Part shown: in pieces, positions 9,101-20,259 of the stretch | How the letters are laid out: the number at the start of each line of letters is the position of its first letter | How positions within the stretch are numbered: position 1 is the first letter of the stretch | Assembly (NCBI GenBank): GCA_043719295.1 | Contig: JAYSUD010000005.1 | Location: 98,077-162,076, forward strand | Reading direction: 5' to 3' | Source: a bacterium | Lineage (GTDB): Bacteria > Patescibacteriota > Minisyncoccia > Phycocordibacterales > UBA918 | Length of the DNA: 64,000 bases | Notes under the pieces: model-generated | The model's input: only the letters and a program-made list of their open reading frames with translations | Database searches by the model: none | Told to the model about the DNA's origin: nothing | Made by a program: the position numbers and the translations under genes

Positions 9101-9899
9101 CCGTAAGACCTGTTGCGGGATTAAATGCACGACCACGAAGATAGAACTGATTAGAGGCATTTTGTAATAGCTCTACAGAACCACGACTGTTACTTGAATC
9201 AACTCGAAGATTCATAATGATTTGTCCCACATCATTTGCGATAATATTATAATCACTGTCGATTCTAAAATACATTCGTTGATAGACATCAGCTGAAGGT
9301 GTTGTGAGCGTTGTTGCAACTCGTGCGTTTCTGTTGGTACCACCAAACGTCGCAGCTAGCGCATAGTCGCCATTATTCTTCGTTGTTGCTTGAATGAGAA
9401 GTGTATTCCCAGCATCAACAGTATCACCAGCACCTGCATTATAATTTTGGAATGTGCTGTCATTGTTTTCAAAACCATCGGTAAAAAGTCCTGTTGAGGC
9501 TTCAGTAGAGGCCAAGGATGCAAAACCAGTTCCTAAAATTGCAGCACTGACAATAGGCACTTCACTTTGGTAACTTTGGTAGGTAATCGGACTTCCGTTT
9601 GTACCTGAGTTAGTTGGTGTAACCACCTCTCGATACGTTCCTCCACGAATATTAATAGTGTCTCCTGCTACCGCTGAACTTGCTGCTTTTTGGACGGTAC
9701 ACCATGGAGCACCAAGTGATGTTCCGAGTGCCACATCTGAACACGTCCCTCCGATACTATTACCGTCTACATAATATGTAGCAGCATGTACGGTGGCACT
9801 TGATATAGATAAACTTACGCTGTAGAACAAAATAAAAGCTATCAGATATAGAAATTTATATTTTCGTATTCTATATAATGGGAAGTGAAATGAGTACAT
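6108..9899 (-). CDS. large secreted/surface protein: right-handed beta-helix repeats, FN3/Ig-like domains, C-terminal peptidoglycan-binding domain
   Basis: Signal-like N terminus; TYYVD...PW.T.Q.A...A.AGDT; Asn-rich parallel beta-helix; SPAID.G; two ATITWTTNE...YHFR FN3 repeats; ASDN.GVAGVQF Ig; V.QLQ..L..TGFYG.LT..AI.RFQ. Start uncertain. Confidence 0.85.
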   Translation of the reverse strand: MYSFHFPLYRIRKYKFLYLIAFILFYSVSLSISSATVHAATYYVDGNSIGGTCSDVALGTSLGAPWCTVQKAASSAVAGDTINIRGGTYREVVTPTNSGTNGSPITYQSYQSEVPIVSAAILGTGFASLASTEASTGLFTDGFENNDSTFQNYNAGAGDTVDAGNTLLIQATTKNNGDYALAATFGGTNRNARVATTLTTPSADVYQRMYFRIDSDYNIIANDVGQIIMNLRVDSSNSRGSVELLQNASNQFYLRGRAFNPATGLTGIFGTTVAGSIVPDTWYLLEYRYKGGDAVTGGAQMWLNSSSTGSVFTYNTSTTTIGRAEWGGGTSGTAVAAAGSTLYIDDVRVATSSIGAFVAAGPSNTYKMINVTGDPNNIFENNARMATGSSPTSLTAGMYYYDSVGDILYIRTSDSSNPSTKTIDIPFWNEGFLIVNKQYLVFDDIAVKYNDGAGGLDGAYVIATSSNITVQNADIVDNFGSGVYLHRASSSTISNNQLLRNQRDFGGGLRFENGSDNNIVVDNTITGLGVAAGNGINLCGDGGCGYVGNDNNTIRRNTFYNLRDSCVYVGSLSDNNILEQNSCGLTFRANGVGGTGFHVSRGSDFNIIRNNIFFDMYGASIVVQSNTIDAVETSVYGNQILNNVIYNSATSVVGNHGGISVLDQAYDTIIKNNIIYQANDVSGLRVTGQAATSTIADYNLYYSTQPTVTNMFHWGVTSGTFYTNLANFRVAYPALEANSISVDPQFILASALNFLLATTSPAIDIGTTTALVTNDYIGVTRPQSARYDLGVYERLSSADITAPLITAIASTTGNISATITWTTNEAANSQVSYGPTTAYGATTTLDASLVTSHSVVINSLSPSTLYHFRIRTADSSGNVTFSGDTTMRTTAVADITSPTVSITSPSGGATISGLASVISATASDNIGVAGVQFKINGTNIGSEDTSAPYTTLANTSLFTDGSVSLLAVVRDTLNNYATSSTLVVTVDNTSPILSAIASSTGNTSATITWTTNEAGDSQINYGLSSSYSASTTLDTADVTSHTVTLSGLTASTLYHFRVRSRDAANNLQMSSDQTFTTTAAASSGGGSSGGGGSSSKKKTVATTSVSSPLVIPAVAIIKPITPVRSITPIPLNTSCLLTTSLSYGMSGASVSQLQRMLGTDSAVYPEKEVTGFYGLLTQKAIERFQLKYGIITSGTPQTTGYGNVGPQTRLKLNEVYCSRVTGQGSSSIIPQASTNFVLQAKILQLLTLLAELQAKLAALKKVP

Positions 9900-9978
9900 A
9901 TACAGGTAATTGTATATGTACGATAGAAGGTGGTAAAGCAAAAGTATGCACAAAATATACTCAATTGAAGCACATACA

Positions 9979-10578
9979 CTACATTCCAAATTCTTTAAAA
10001 ACACGCTCGTACATTACCATCGCTTCTTTTACCACTTTATGAGTAAGTACAAAATCTGATCCCCCATGCGCTATTTGATTGCGAATACGATGTGCTTGCC
10101 ATGCGTCGTCAATTGTAGCAAACGAACGTATGTTTGAACTTTTTAATTTTTCTCCGATAGTTGCACCTACATACCCGGCTTTTTCAAGTGTTCGTTCAAG
10201 TAATACGTCAGCCTCAATAATGGCAAATTTCCAGTCACTTGGGTTCAATGACTCAAGGTGCTTTTGTACATTGTCCCATCTATTTGTTTCAACATGCCCC
10301 CCATTAAGCTCCTGCCAGAGATGTTCTTGTCTATGTATATCTTTTTCTTCATCTTCCCCCATCTCACTTGCTCGAATATACGCGTAGATAATACCAGCAA
10401 TAAAGAGTGCCGACAGTGCAAATGCGATAATCGAGTACATCGTCCATATCTGGAGAAAGAAAGCAGTAACGGAGTTGAGTGTTGTATCGCTTCCTGACAG
10501 TGAATCATAGAGCTGTTTAAAAACATTGGTATCAAGACCATAGGAAGTATATTCTATATCATTTGCATCTTGAGGCAT
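9979..10578 (-). CDS. conserved hypothetical membrane protein
   Basis: One TM helix then RW..V..HL.S.NPSDWK.AIIEAD...AW.AH..RN.IAH; start uncertain. Confidence 0.7.
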   Translation of the reverse strand: MPQDANDIEYTSYGLDTNVFKQLYDSLSGSDTTLNSVTAFFLQIWTMYSIIAFALSALFIAGIIYAYIRASEMGEDEEKDIHRQEHLWQELNGGHVETNRWDNVQKHLESLNPSDWKFAIIEADVLLERTLEKAGYVGATIGEKLKSSNIRSFATIDDAWQAHRIRNQIAHGGSDFVLTHKVVKEAMVMYERVFKEFGM

Positions 10579-10610
10579 ACAAAGCTTTAAATTCTGCGAT
10601 CTTTTTCGTT

Positions 10611-10766
10611 GGAACAAAAAATTTGTTCGTCACTGTATTAAACAACTTCCTACGAAGCTGTCTACTCAATGGACTATTCTTCACTTCGATACGAATAGTC
10701 TCATTGAGTCTTGCGAAGTGATACAAATCACTTCTCACACCTCCTCACAAATTTTTGCTCTTTCAA
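10611..10766. repeat. multi-hairpin intergenic element
   Basis: Closing stem caaaaa(a)atttg...caaatttttg; inner stem actcaatggactattc-ttcacttcgatac-gaatagtctcattgagt. Confidence 0.55.
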
Positions 10767-10883
10767 CTGAAACTGTATAGGTTGTATGATATTTAAAAAA
10801 TATCGACAACCTTTTACATAATAACATTAAGTTATTATGTAACCTCAAATCTCATCAGAATTTAAAGCTTTGTATGTGAGGTG

Positions 10884-12296
10884 CTACTTTTGATCATCGT
10901 AGATTTTCTTTCCGATGTCAAAGAGGCGTGCATCACCACCATGTGGTCCTATATATTGTACCCCAACAGGGAGACGAACTCCGTCACGTTGTACCACACA
11001 AGAAGGAATTGAAATTGCAGGGACTCCCGCAAGATTCACAGGAACGGTAAAAATATCTGCTTTATACATCGAAAGTAAATCTTTCTTTTCTCCAAACTTA
11101 AAAGCAGGAATTGGTGAAGTTGGAGTTAGGATAAGATCAACGGTTTTGAAAACACTGTCCAACTCTTCACGCATCATCTGGCGCACTGCTTCTGCTTTTG
11201 CATAATAGGCGTCATAGTACCCCGAGGAAAGGACATAGGTGCCAAGTAAAATCCGGCGCTTCACTTCAGGACCAAAACCTTGTGCTCGAGTTTTTTCATA
11301 CACATCAAGAAGTGTCTCTCCATCTACGCTAAGTCCATACCGCATTCCATCGTATCGCGCTGTGTTTGATGAGACTTCAGCAGGGATAGAGATATAGTAT
11401 GCTGCTAAACCTTTCTCAAAAAGCGGAAGTGCAATATCGACAACGGTGTAACCCTCACTTTTTAGAAAAGAAACATGTGCCTCAAATGCTTCCATTACGT
11501 CAGCATCAATCCCCTCTTTCAAGAAATCTTTTGGAATACCAATAGTGTACGTTTCTTTTAACGGCACTTCTTTGTACGTATCATGCGCTATAGTAGTAGC
11601 ATCCATGGCGTCAAGTCCTTCTATGACACTGTGTACTAGCTCTGCATCAGCAACTGAGGTTGTAAGTGGCCCCGCTTGATCAAACGACGAACCCATCGCC
11701 ATAAGTCCACAACGTGAAACGGCACCATAGGTTGGCTTAAATCCAATAAGACCACAGAAACTTGCTGGCTGACGGACTGATCCTCCAGTATCTGTTCCGA
11801 TAGCAACAGGTACAGCTCCCATAGCAACCGCCGCAGCAGAGCCTCCTGAAGAGCCTCCAGGAACACGCGTGGTATCAAGAGGGTTTTTTGTTGGACCAAA
11901 AGCTGAGTTCTCTGTTGAAGATCCCATCGCAAACTCATCGAGGTTAGTTGAACCAATAAGTATTGCCCCAGCTTCTTTTAGGCGAGTAATGATTGTTGCG
12001 TCGTACGTTGCCGTATAGTTCTCAAGAATTTTTGAACCTCCTGTCGCTTTCTTACCTTGTATTAAGATGTTGTTTTTTATAGCGATTGGTACACCAAGAA
12101 GCGCTGGTGTATTTTGACCTTCAGTTTTAAAACGTTCTGTCGCAACTTCCGCCTCCACAAGCGCATCGTGATACACATCTAAAAAAGCATGAATGTCACC
12201 ATCCTTTTCTTTGATAATTTGAAGTGAGTCTGTTACTGCCTGAAGAGGTGTATACGAACCATCAATAAATTTTGTACGTAATTGTGAAATAGTCAT
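10884..12296 (-). CDS. gatA: Asp-tRNA(Asn)/Glu-tRNA(Gln) amidotransferase subunit A
   Basis: DEFAMGSSTE, PGGSSGGS, GTDTGGSVRQPA, ARYDG, GFGPEVKRRI. Confidence 0.97.
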   Translation of the reverse strand: MTISQLRTKFIDGSYTPLQAVTDSLQIIKEKDGDIHAFLDVYHDALVEAEVATERFKTEGQNTPALLGVPIAIKNNILIQGKKATGGSKILENYTATYDATIITRLKEAGAILIGSTNLDEFAMGSSTENSAFGPTKNPLDTTRVPGGSSGGSAAAVAMGAVPVAIGTDTGGSVRQPASFCGLIGFKPTYGAVSRCGLMAMGSSFDQAGPLTTSVADAELVHSVIEGLDAMDATTIAHDTYKEVPLKETYTIGIPKDFLKEGIDADVMEAFEAHVSFLKSEGYTVVDIALPLFEKGLAAYYISIPAEVSSNTARYDGMRYGLSVDGETLLDVYEKTRAQGFGPEVKRRILLGTYVLSSGYYDAYYAKAEAVRQMMREELDSVFKTVDLILTPTSPIPAFKFGEKKDLLSMYKADIFTVPVNLAGVPAISIPSCVVQRDGVRLPVGVQYIGPHGGDARLFDIGKKIYDDQK

Positions 12297-12297
12297 A

Positions 12298-12588
12298 CTA
12301 GTCTTGTTGCAGAATTTTCTTAACTTGTACATGCTTCCCACTCACTTTTGGAGCTTCATGCAATAGAGCATCAGTGTATCTTCCCGCTTCGACGGTAACG
12401 ACGTCATCTCGAAAAATATTGTACCGCGCACCAACTTTTTTACTAAGCTTCATGTCGGCTGTTATCGAATTGATGTCACTTACGTATGAAAGTACCGACT
12501 CAATATCAGCTTTAAGTGATTCTGCTTCCTTATCATCAATGCCAATGCGGGCCAAACGTGCGAGGTGTAAAATATCTTCTTTTTCCAT
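12298..12588 (-). CDS. gatC: amidotransferase subunit C
   Basis: HLARLARI, FRDD, VKKIL; immediately upstream of gatA. Confidence 0.92.
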   Translation of the reverse strand: MEKEDILHLARLARIGIDDKEAESLKADIESVLSYVSDINSITADMKLSKKVGARYNIFRDDVVTVEAGRYTDALLHEAPKVSGKHVQVKKILQQD

Positions 12589-12643
12589 GTTGGATATACT
12601 AGCATAATGAGCTTTTAACGGCGAACAAAGAAATCAGACTTGG

Positions 12644-14680
<2,037 letters not shown>

Positions 14681-14735
14681 CTACTTGGTATAGAGGGTGA
14701 TTGCAATGACGGGGAGAGGTGATTTTGTGGGGGGG

Positions 14736-15293
14736 GAAATATAGTTATACCTAAAGATTGGAGTACCCTAGACAGGACGCAAACGTACACAACGAAGCAG
14801 GGGTAGTCTTTGCTAAGAAATGCTTACAAAGGCGGGGTTATCTAAGAGTTCGAGACGTCCAGCAGTTTCTCACTCGTTTGCTTATTTCAAGCAAGACACC
14901 AGCACATTTTCTCTCCCGTAGGTCGAAAATGTTGGGTGTTTGCATAAGGCACCTGATTTTTAACGACCGAAGGGAGTGTAAAAATGGATGTACTCTTGTG
15001 GTGGAAATATAGTCATTACTGCTGACAGAGTTAACTGGGACTTTAGAGACGTCCAGCGGTTTTCGCTGAACGATACTATAAGCACAGCTAACGCTGAGGC
15101 TTATAGTATCGTTCTCGGACAGCGCGAAAACCGGGACGGAAGTTCGCTATTGTCGCTACTGCTGACAGAGTTAACTGAAACTTTAGAGACGTCCAGCGGT
15201 TTCTCACTCGTTTGCTTATTTCAAGCAAGACACCAGCACATTTTCTCTCCCGTAGGTCGAAAATGTTGGGTGTTTGCATAAGGGAAATATAGT
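14736..15293. repeat. non-coding mosaic of direct repeats and hairpins
   Basis: 98-bp repeat 14852-14949/15186-15283 (1 mismatch); 46-bp repeat 15017-15062/15157-15202 (2 mismatches); gaaatatagt three times. Confidence 0.85.
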
Positions 15294-15318
15294 CGTCGCT
15301 TTGCGACTCTTTATTTCC

Positions 15319-15930
15319 CTAAAATTCCACTGTCAGCTCGCGTTGGATGGTGAAGATGCTGTTGCCGATGTCTGCGCATACTCGGTTATAGCCTCGAGAT
15401 ACAATGATGGTGCATAGATTACCAGCTTCACATGTCTTCCCTCCTCCATTACCAATTCCTTTGTTTATGTCTGTAAAATCATGTGCAACAATCCCAGCAG
15501 CAGTTGTTGGTTGCATGATATACATATCCACTTCACTACAGCGATCATCAGCAGGATTTACCGAAGTTGCACCCCAAGTAAATCTATACGTAAAAACATC
15601 TATAAACCCTCCCACTACTGGTGTTCGTTGCGCATATGTTTTTGAATCTTGAGAGCCTCCAAAACAGGAGATGGTAGGATCAGTGCGGTTTGTGACAAAG
15701 TCTGGTTCAGCCGAATTTTCATACCGCCAATACCATAAACAATCAACACCTGCATGAGCAGCTTGGAAGGCAATTTCTGATTCACGTGCAGTAGAGGCAA
15801 GGTTAATTTGACTTACTGACACATGAAGCAAGGAAACACCAATAGCAAGCACAACACTCGAAATAATGATAGAAAGCAACAGTGCAAATCCACTTTGATT
15901 GTTTTTATTTTTTAGAGTTGCAGTATGCAT
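15319..15930 (-). CDS. PilX-like minor pilin
   Basis: QSGFALLLSIII...AFQAAHAGVDC type III signal variant. Confidence 0.75.
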   Translation of the reverse strand: MHTATLKNKNNQSGFALLLSIIISSVVLAIGVSLLHVSVSQINLASTARESEIAFQAAHAGVDCLWYWRYENSAEPDFVTNRTDPTISCFGGSQDSKTYAQRTPVVGGFIDVFTYRFTWGATSVNPADDRCSEVDMYIMQPTTAAGIVAHDFTDINKGIGNGGGKTCEAGNLCTIIVSRGYNRVCADIGNSIFTIQRELTVEF

Positions 15931-15934
15931 ATGT

Positions 15935-16573
15935 TTATAAATCTTCATAGATATTGAATAAACTTGTCTGCAAAACAACACTTTGTGTTGTACCTCCAAG
16001 ATACGTAGTGTTCCAACTTACCTCAACAGATACCAAAACTTCATCTGTACCTTGCCTAGTCAATTTAATAGCACGAGTGTAGGCAGTTGGAAGACCCCCA
16101 GCGATGTTATGGGTATACAGACTTGCAGTATTTGCAGCAGAAGTACGTATTCTCATTCTACATGGATTAATAACAGAAGTTGCAACAGTACAAATAAAGT
16201 CGTTGTTATTTAGAAGTGTAACATCTCTAAAATCAATACCACATCCATAGGGATTTCCTGCAGTAGGAAAACAGTTAAACGGCAAAGCACTGTTGCTATC
16301 TCCTGCAGGAGGGGTTGTCCATACCCAAGGATCTGGGCCCGGACCAGGGGTATTGTATGCTACCAATGCGTATTCATTTCGAATTATATTTACAGCAGTA
16401 ATCCCCTCTTGTGCAAGGAAAAAAGCTGTTGTTTGCTGGCGTGCATACTGTGCTGTTTGAATACTTTTTGCAGCAATAGTTAATGGACCTACAATTGCTA
16501 GCATTAAAATTGATATCGCAATTAATACCTCTACAAGTGAATATCCTTTTTCTGTTTTTGTTATCGTGTACAT
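15935..16573 (-). CDS. minor type IV prepilin (PilV-like)
   Basis: KG|YSLVEVLIAI N-methylation motif. Confidence 0.85.
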   Translation of the reverse strand: MYTITKTEKGYSLVEVLIAISILMLAIVGPLTIAAKSIQTAQYARQQTTAFFLAQEGITAVNIIRNEYALVAYNTPGPGPDPWVWTTPPAGDSNSALPFNCFPTAGNPYGCGIDFRDVTLLNNNDFICTVATSVINPCRMRIRTSAANTASLYTHNIAGGLPTAYTRAIKLTRQGTDEVLVSVEVSWNTTYLGGTTQSVVLQTSLFNIYEDL

Positions 16574-16574
16574 A

Positions 16575-17195
16575 CTAAATATCAAGGAGTTGTTGCGTTA
16601 CCGTGGTCTGTATGCTAAATGCTGCAGGCGGAACATTGTCATCATCTTTTGCATAACCCTCAACATAAATAGTTACACGAGGTTGTACCAAATCACCAGC
16701 AGTAGAACCATTAACTTCAAAACGCAGGAATGTAATCAGTGTATTCGGTGAGGTAACAGAAATCCATGAACCATTTCCAAGTCTACGTTCAATGGCGTTT
16801 GCATTAAGTCGAAATGCAATTCGATCTCCAAAAACTCCATTGGTTAAACTCTGCCCTCCCTCATTGAAGCTCAAAGCACGTCCATCGGCAGAGCCTGAAG
16901 TGCAATCATTTCGTGTTGTTCCTGAAGTTGTCAGTGAAGCTACGCTACCACAATAGTAATCAGACCCTGTACGTATGTCACGAGTCATACTATCAAGCGT
17001 ATACGTTATATTGGTCATAACTTCTTGCATGTTCCGCGCACGAGCATTTGCGTCTATAAGCACCAAAAGTGATCCCACACTGATGGTAACAACAACCGTA
17101 AAAATAGAAAGTGAAACGAGTACTTCTATCAATGAAAAACCTTTCTTTTGACTTAAAGCTTCGTGCATCATTTTTGAAAAATTAAAATATGTCAT
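16575..17195 (-). CDS. minor type IV prepilin (PilW-like)
   Basis: KG|FSLIEVLVSL motif. Confidence 0.85.
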   Translation of the reverse strand: MTYFNFSKMMHEALSQKKGFSLIEVLVSLSIFTVVVTISVGSLLVLIDANARARNMQEVMTNITYTLDSMTRDIRTGSDYYCGSVASLTTSGTTRNDCTSGSADGRALSFNEGGQSLTNGVFGDRIAFRLNANAIERRLGNGSWISVTSPNTLITFLRFEVNGSTAGDLVQPRVTIYVEGYAKDDDNVPPAAFSIQTTVTQQLLDI

Positions 17196-17812
17196 GGCAG
17201 ATTTTCAACACTCATTTGGCCTGATGCTGAAACGCGTACAATTTTTGAAGCTGAAACATCAGCAATACTAGAAATATAAACAAGTGCAGTTTGGACATTA
17301 GCTACAGTTGGACCAGTGCTATAAAACGCAGCATCAAAATCAGGACGTTCAAACGTGACTGCGAGGGTAGTAACATCAGTTGCACTACCACCACAAGCAC
17401 TAATTGCTCCCGTTGAGACGCACATACGACTTATAACAAAACGAGGATCAACAATTGTTGGGCCACCTATTTCTTCACCAGCATTATAATGCGCAGGGAC
17501 GTCAGCATCACCAACATCTTGAAAGAGTAAGTATTGAGTTGGGAGACTCATATTAAAATACAACCCATACTCCTCTCTGAAGTTGTTGTTTTTACCTTTT
17601 GAACTAATGGCAAGTGATTGTGTCTCTCTTAGATCAAACGCTGTCTTGTACGCTTGACTCGTGAGTAACACCGAACTGTTAAAAGACGAATACTGGACGA
17701 GCACAATTCCTGTTACTAAAACAACAATGGTGATAGTCACCATAAGCTCAACAACGGTAAAACCACTTTTTTTAAAACGTAGCCATTTATTGTTTGAGAT
17801 AGGATTGACCAT
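17192..17812 (-). CDS. minor type IV prepilin (FimT-like)
   Basis: SG|FTVVELMVTI motif. Confidence 0.85.
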   Translation of the reverse strand: MVNPISNNKWLRFKKSGFTVVELMVTITIVVLVTGIVLVQYSSFNSSVLLTSQAYKTAFDLRETQSLAISSKGKNNNFREEYGLYFNMSLPTQYLLFQDVGDADVPAHYNAGEEIGGPTIVDPRFVISRMCVSTGAISACGGSATDVTTLAVTFERPDFDAAFYSTGPTVANVQTALVYISSIADVSASKIVRVSASGQMSVENLP

Positions 17813-17816
17813 AGAG

Positions 17817-18650
17817 TTAAAAAAGTTTTGCGATGATTGAAAGTACGTCTGTCTGCATGAAGAACACAATCACAAACGCAATAAGCATAAACGGAGCGAA
17901 TGGAACTTCACTCTTCATTGTAATGGGTATTTGTAAAAATGACATCTGATTTTTCCCCTTTTCCAATATTTTTTGAATGACAATGAGTGCAATACTCAAA
18001 ATCGCTCCAATCCAAAATGAAAATACCACAAACGAAAACGCACTTAGAGGTAGAAGCATAAGGCCAAGCGGAAACGCAAGTTTCACATCCCCAAGACCAA
18101 TCCATCGTCCTTTTGATACAAGCCAGAGTGTAAGATAAAACAGTGTCGCTCCAAATCCTGCAATAAGGTGTGGGATGAGACTTAAAAGTGAAGATGCTAC
18201 GTACGCCTCATAGCCTACATACAAACTTGCACACAAGAAGACTGCAACCACAAACTCGTTTGGAATAATCATATGGCGCATGTCATAGGCCGCAATTACC
18301 ACAAGAAATGATGCGAGCGTTAGTCCAAATGCTAGAAAGAGTAACGATGGCGAAGAAAGGTACACAAGCATAAAGAGCCCTGCTGTTGTTAGCTCCATCA
18401 GGAGTAACCGCATAGGAATAAACGCATCACACGACTTACACTTCCCTTTTAACAGGACGTATGACAACAGTGGAAATAACTCGTACCATGAGAGCGTATG
18501 GCCACACGACATACACCGTGATCTACCATTAATTGATTTTCCCGTATGGAAACGGCAAACAATAACGTCGAGGAAACTCCCCATAATGAGACCAAGGATT
18601 GCTGTCAGAAAAAGCATATAATACGTTGGCAAAAGTGACATCAGTTCCAT
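17817..18650 (-). CDS. pilD: prepilin peptidase
   Basis: GSF..V, RSRC..C, L.WYE..P..SY, G.C..C, D..H.IIP, G.GD.KL, PFAPF. Confidence 0.93.
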   Translation of the reverse strand: MELMSLLPTYYMLFLTAILGLIMGSFLDVIVCRFHTGKSINGRSRCMSCGHTLSWYELFPLLSYVLLKGKCKSCDAFIPMRLLLMELTTAGLFMLVYLSSPSLLFLAFGLTLASFLVVIAAYDMRHMIIPNEFVVAVFLCASLYVGYEAYVASSLLSLIPHLIAGFGATLFYLTLWLVSKGRWIGLGDVKLAFPLGLMLLPLSAFSFVVFSFWIGAILSIALIVIQKILEKGKNQMSFLQIPITMKSEVPFAPFMLIAFVIVFFMQTDVLSIIAKLF

Positions 18651-18706
18651 ATTGCATAATTGTACACCATGCATAGAGATACAATACCACTTATTAAAAT
18701 AGTAAT

Positions 18707-18739
18707 ATAAAAAATCCTGCACAAGTACAGGATTTTTTT
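18707..18739 (-). terminator. intrinsic terminator after pilin
   Basis: aaaaaatcctg-cacaagta-caggattttttt. Confidence 0.6.
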
Positions 18740-18757
18740 GAACAGGCTCTAACTATT

Positions 18758-19174
18758 TTATGGGCAGAGGGTATTTGATGAAGGAAGAGTACCTGATGGT
18801 GATGTAGTTGAAGTACCGAGACTATCCATACAGATAAATCCACCCGTCTTTAGTGGTCCAGCAAAGACCCACTCATCAGCATCGTTTTCGTTACAATATG
18901 GTGCTGCTACTTTTAAGGTAATGTCAGCAATAATTTGGAGTATGTTTGCATTTGTACAAAGATTATCATAACTTACTGTACCGTCTGCCTTACTCCCAAA
19001 AATGTTTGCTTGTGCTCGTGCGTTATTAACAGATGCCTGGACTGATGCGTCAGTGCCTTTTTCACGTGCAGTAGACAATGATGCCAACACTACAGAGGCC
19101 AAGATTCCGATAATAGCGATAACCACCAAGAGTTCGATGAGGGTGAAACCTCGTTGTGCGAATTTGTTAATCAT
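18758..19174 (-). CDS. type IV major pilin-like protein
   Basis: RG|FTLIELLVVIAIIGILASVVLASL; C-terminal Cys residues. Confidence 0.92.
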   Translation of the reverse strand: MINKFAQRGFTLIELLVVIAIIGILASVVLASLSTAREKGTDASVQASVNNARAQANIFGSKADGTVSYDNLCTNANILQIIADITLKVAAPYCNENDADEWVFAGPLKTGGFICMDSLGTSTTSPSGTLPSSNTLCP

Positions 19175-19234
19175 AGATAAAGTATACCTCTGTGTCACCT
19201 ATCGATTTATACACTTTGGGGAAAACTGTGCTAC

Positions 19235-19261
19235 AAAAAAACTCCCAGCGGGAGTTTTTTT
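19235..19261 (-). terminator. intrinsic terminator between the two pilins
   Basis: aaaaaaactccc-agc-gggagttttttt. Confidence 0.6.
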
Positions 19262-19281
19262 GTTTTGTAGTACAATCTTGG

Positions 19282-19722
19282 TTATGGACAGGTTGCTCCT
19301 GATGGAGCTGTGTACCCAGTTGTATATGTTTTAGAAGTTCCAGTACTGTCAGAACAAATACCAGAACCACTAGTAGTCACAAGTGGTGTTGCCAAAACCC
19401 ATGATGTAGCTGCTGGTGTACAAGTTACAACATTACTTGTGCCATTCTTTGCTTCCATATCAGCAACAATAGCTGCTCCTTGACCATTGGTACAAACGTT
19501 AGCGCCAGAAGCGTTATAAATAACTGTACCATTAGGTTGATTACCGACAATTTCTGCATTCGCTCTGAAGTTACTTAGCCCAGCTTGAAGCGCAGCATCC
19601 GTTCCTTTACTTCGTGCAGTAGACAATGATGCCAACACTACAGAGGCCAAGATTCCGATAATAGCAATAACCACCAAGAGCTCGATGAGGGTGAAACCTC
19701 GTTGTGCAATTTTTTTAATCAT
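19282..19722 (-). CDS. type IV major pilin-like protein
   Basis: RG|FTLIELLVVIAIIGILASVVLASL; followed by its own terminator. Confidence 0.92.
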   Translation of the reverse strand: MIKKIAQRGFTLIELLVVIAIIGILASVVLASLSTARSKGTDAALQAGLSNFRANAEIVGNQPNGTVIYNASGANVCTNGQGAAIVADMEAKNGTSNVVTCTPAATSWVLATPLVTTSGSGICSDSTGTSKTYTTGYTAPSGATCP

Positions 19723-19915
19723 ATCGTACTTATTTTTTAAAACACTAATTTGTGTGTACCGTATTCAGACATCAGCTGAGGTGTCTTAATTCGGTTATCA
19801 CACAGTGATTCACCAACGTGAATATATACAGTATACGCCCTCCTTCAAAAGAAAAGGCAACCGTATGTGGAGAAATGGTTATTTCTTTTCTCATATTCAC
19901 TCATTAGTACAGAGG

Positions 19916-20245
19916 TTATAATAATCCTAATTGAGTACGCAACGCTTGTTCAATTCCGAGCATATCAAGTGAATGCACCTCTGTGTACTTTTTAATAAGT
20001 TTTTCTTTACTCACCGTTGTTAATTGATTAGTCATCGCTTTACCTTTTTTATCTAACACGTTAATTAGTGCTTCCCCAGGAAAAATTCGATCAGTATTGG
20101 ATGTTAGTGGCACAACTTGAAATCGATCAATGTGGGCATTTGAAATATTATTACTCATAATAACTGCAGGTCGTGTTTTTTGAATTTCAGAGCCAATACT
20201 TTGCTCGAAGTTTACCCACCAGACTTCACCACGCATAGGTGTCAT
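19916..20245 (-). CDS. PemK/MazF-family mRNA interferase toxin
   Basis: RGEVWWV.F....GSE..KTRPAVI.SN...VVPLTS. Confidence 0.92.
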   Translation of the reverse strand: MTPMRGEVWWVNFEQSIGSEIQKTRPAVIMSNNISNAHIDRFQVVPLTSNTDRIFPGEALINVLDKKGKAMTNQLTTVSKEKLIKKYTEVHSLDMLGIEQALRTQLGLL

Positions 20246-20259
20246 ATAATTTATTTAGG

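Noticed and set aside
14758-15281. ORFs 14758-15012, 14988-15281 and 15088-15279
   Set aside because: They run through repeats and hairpins with no protein motifs; probably spurious.
14852-15283. Possible CRISPR array
   Set aside because: Only two or three irregular repeats of 46-98 bp, the intervening segments are themselves repeated or hairpins, and no cas genes are in the window.
19065-19707. Diversity-generating retroelement template/variable repeat pair
   Set aside because: The repeat is the conserved pilin N terminus, the two differences are synonymous, and no reverse transcriptase is present.
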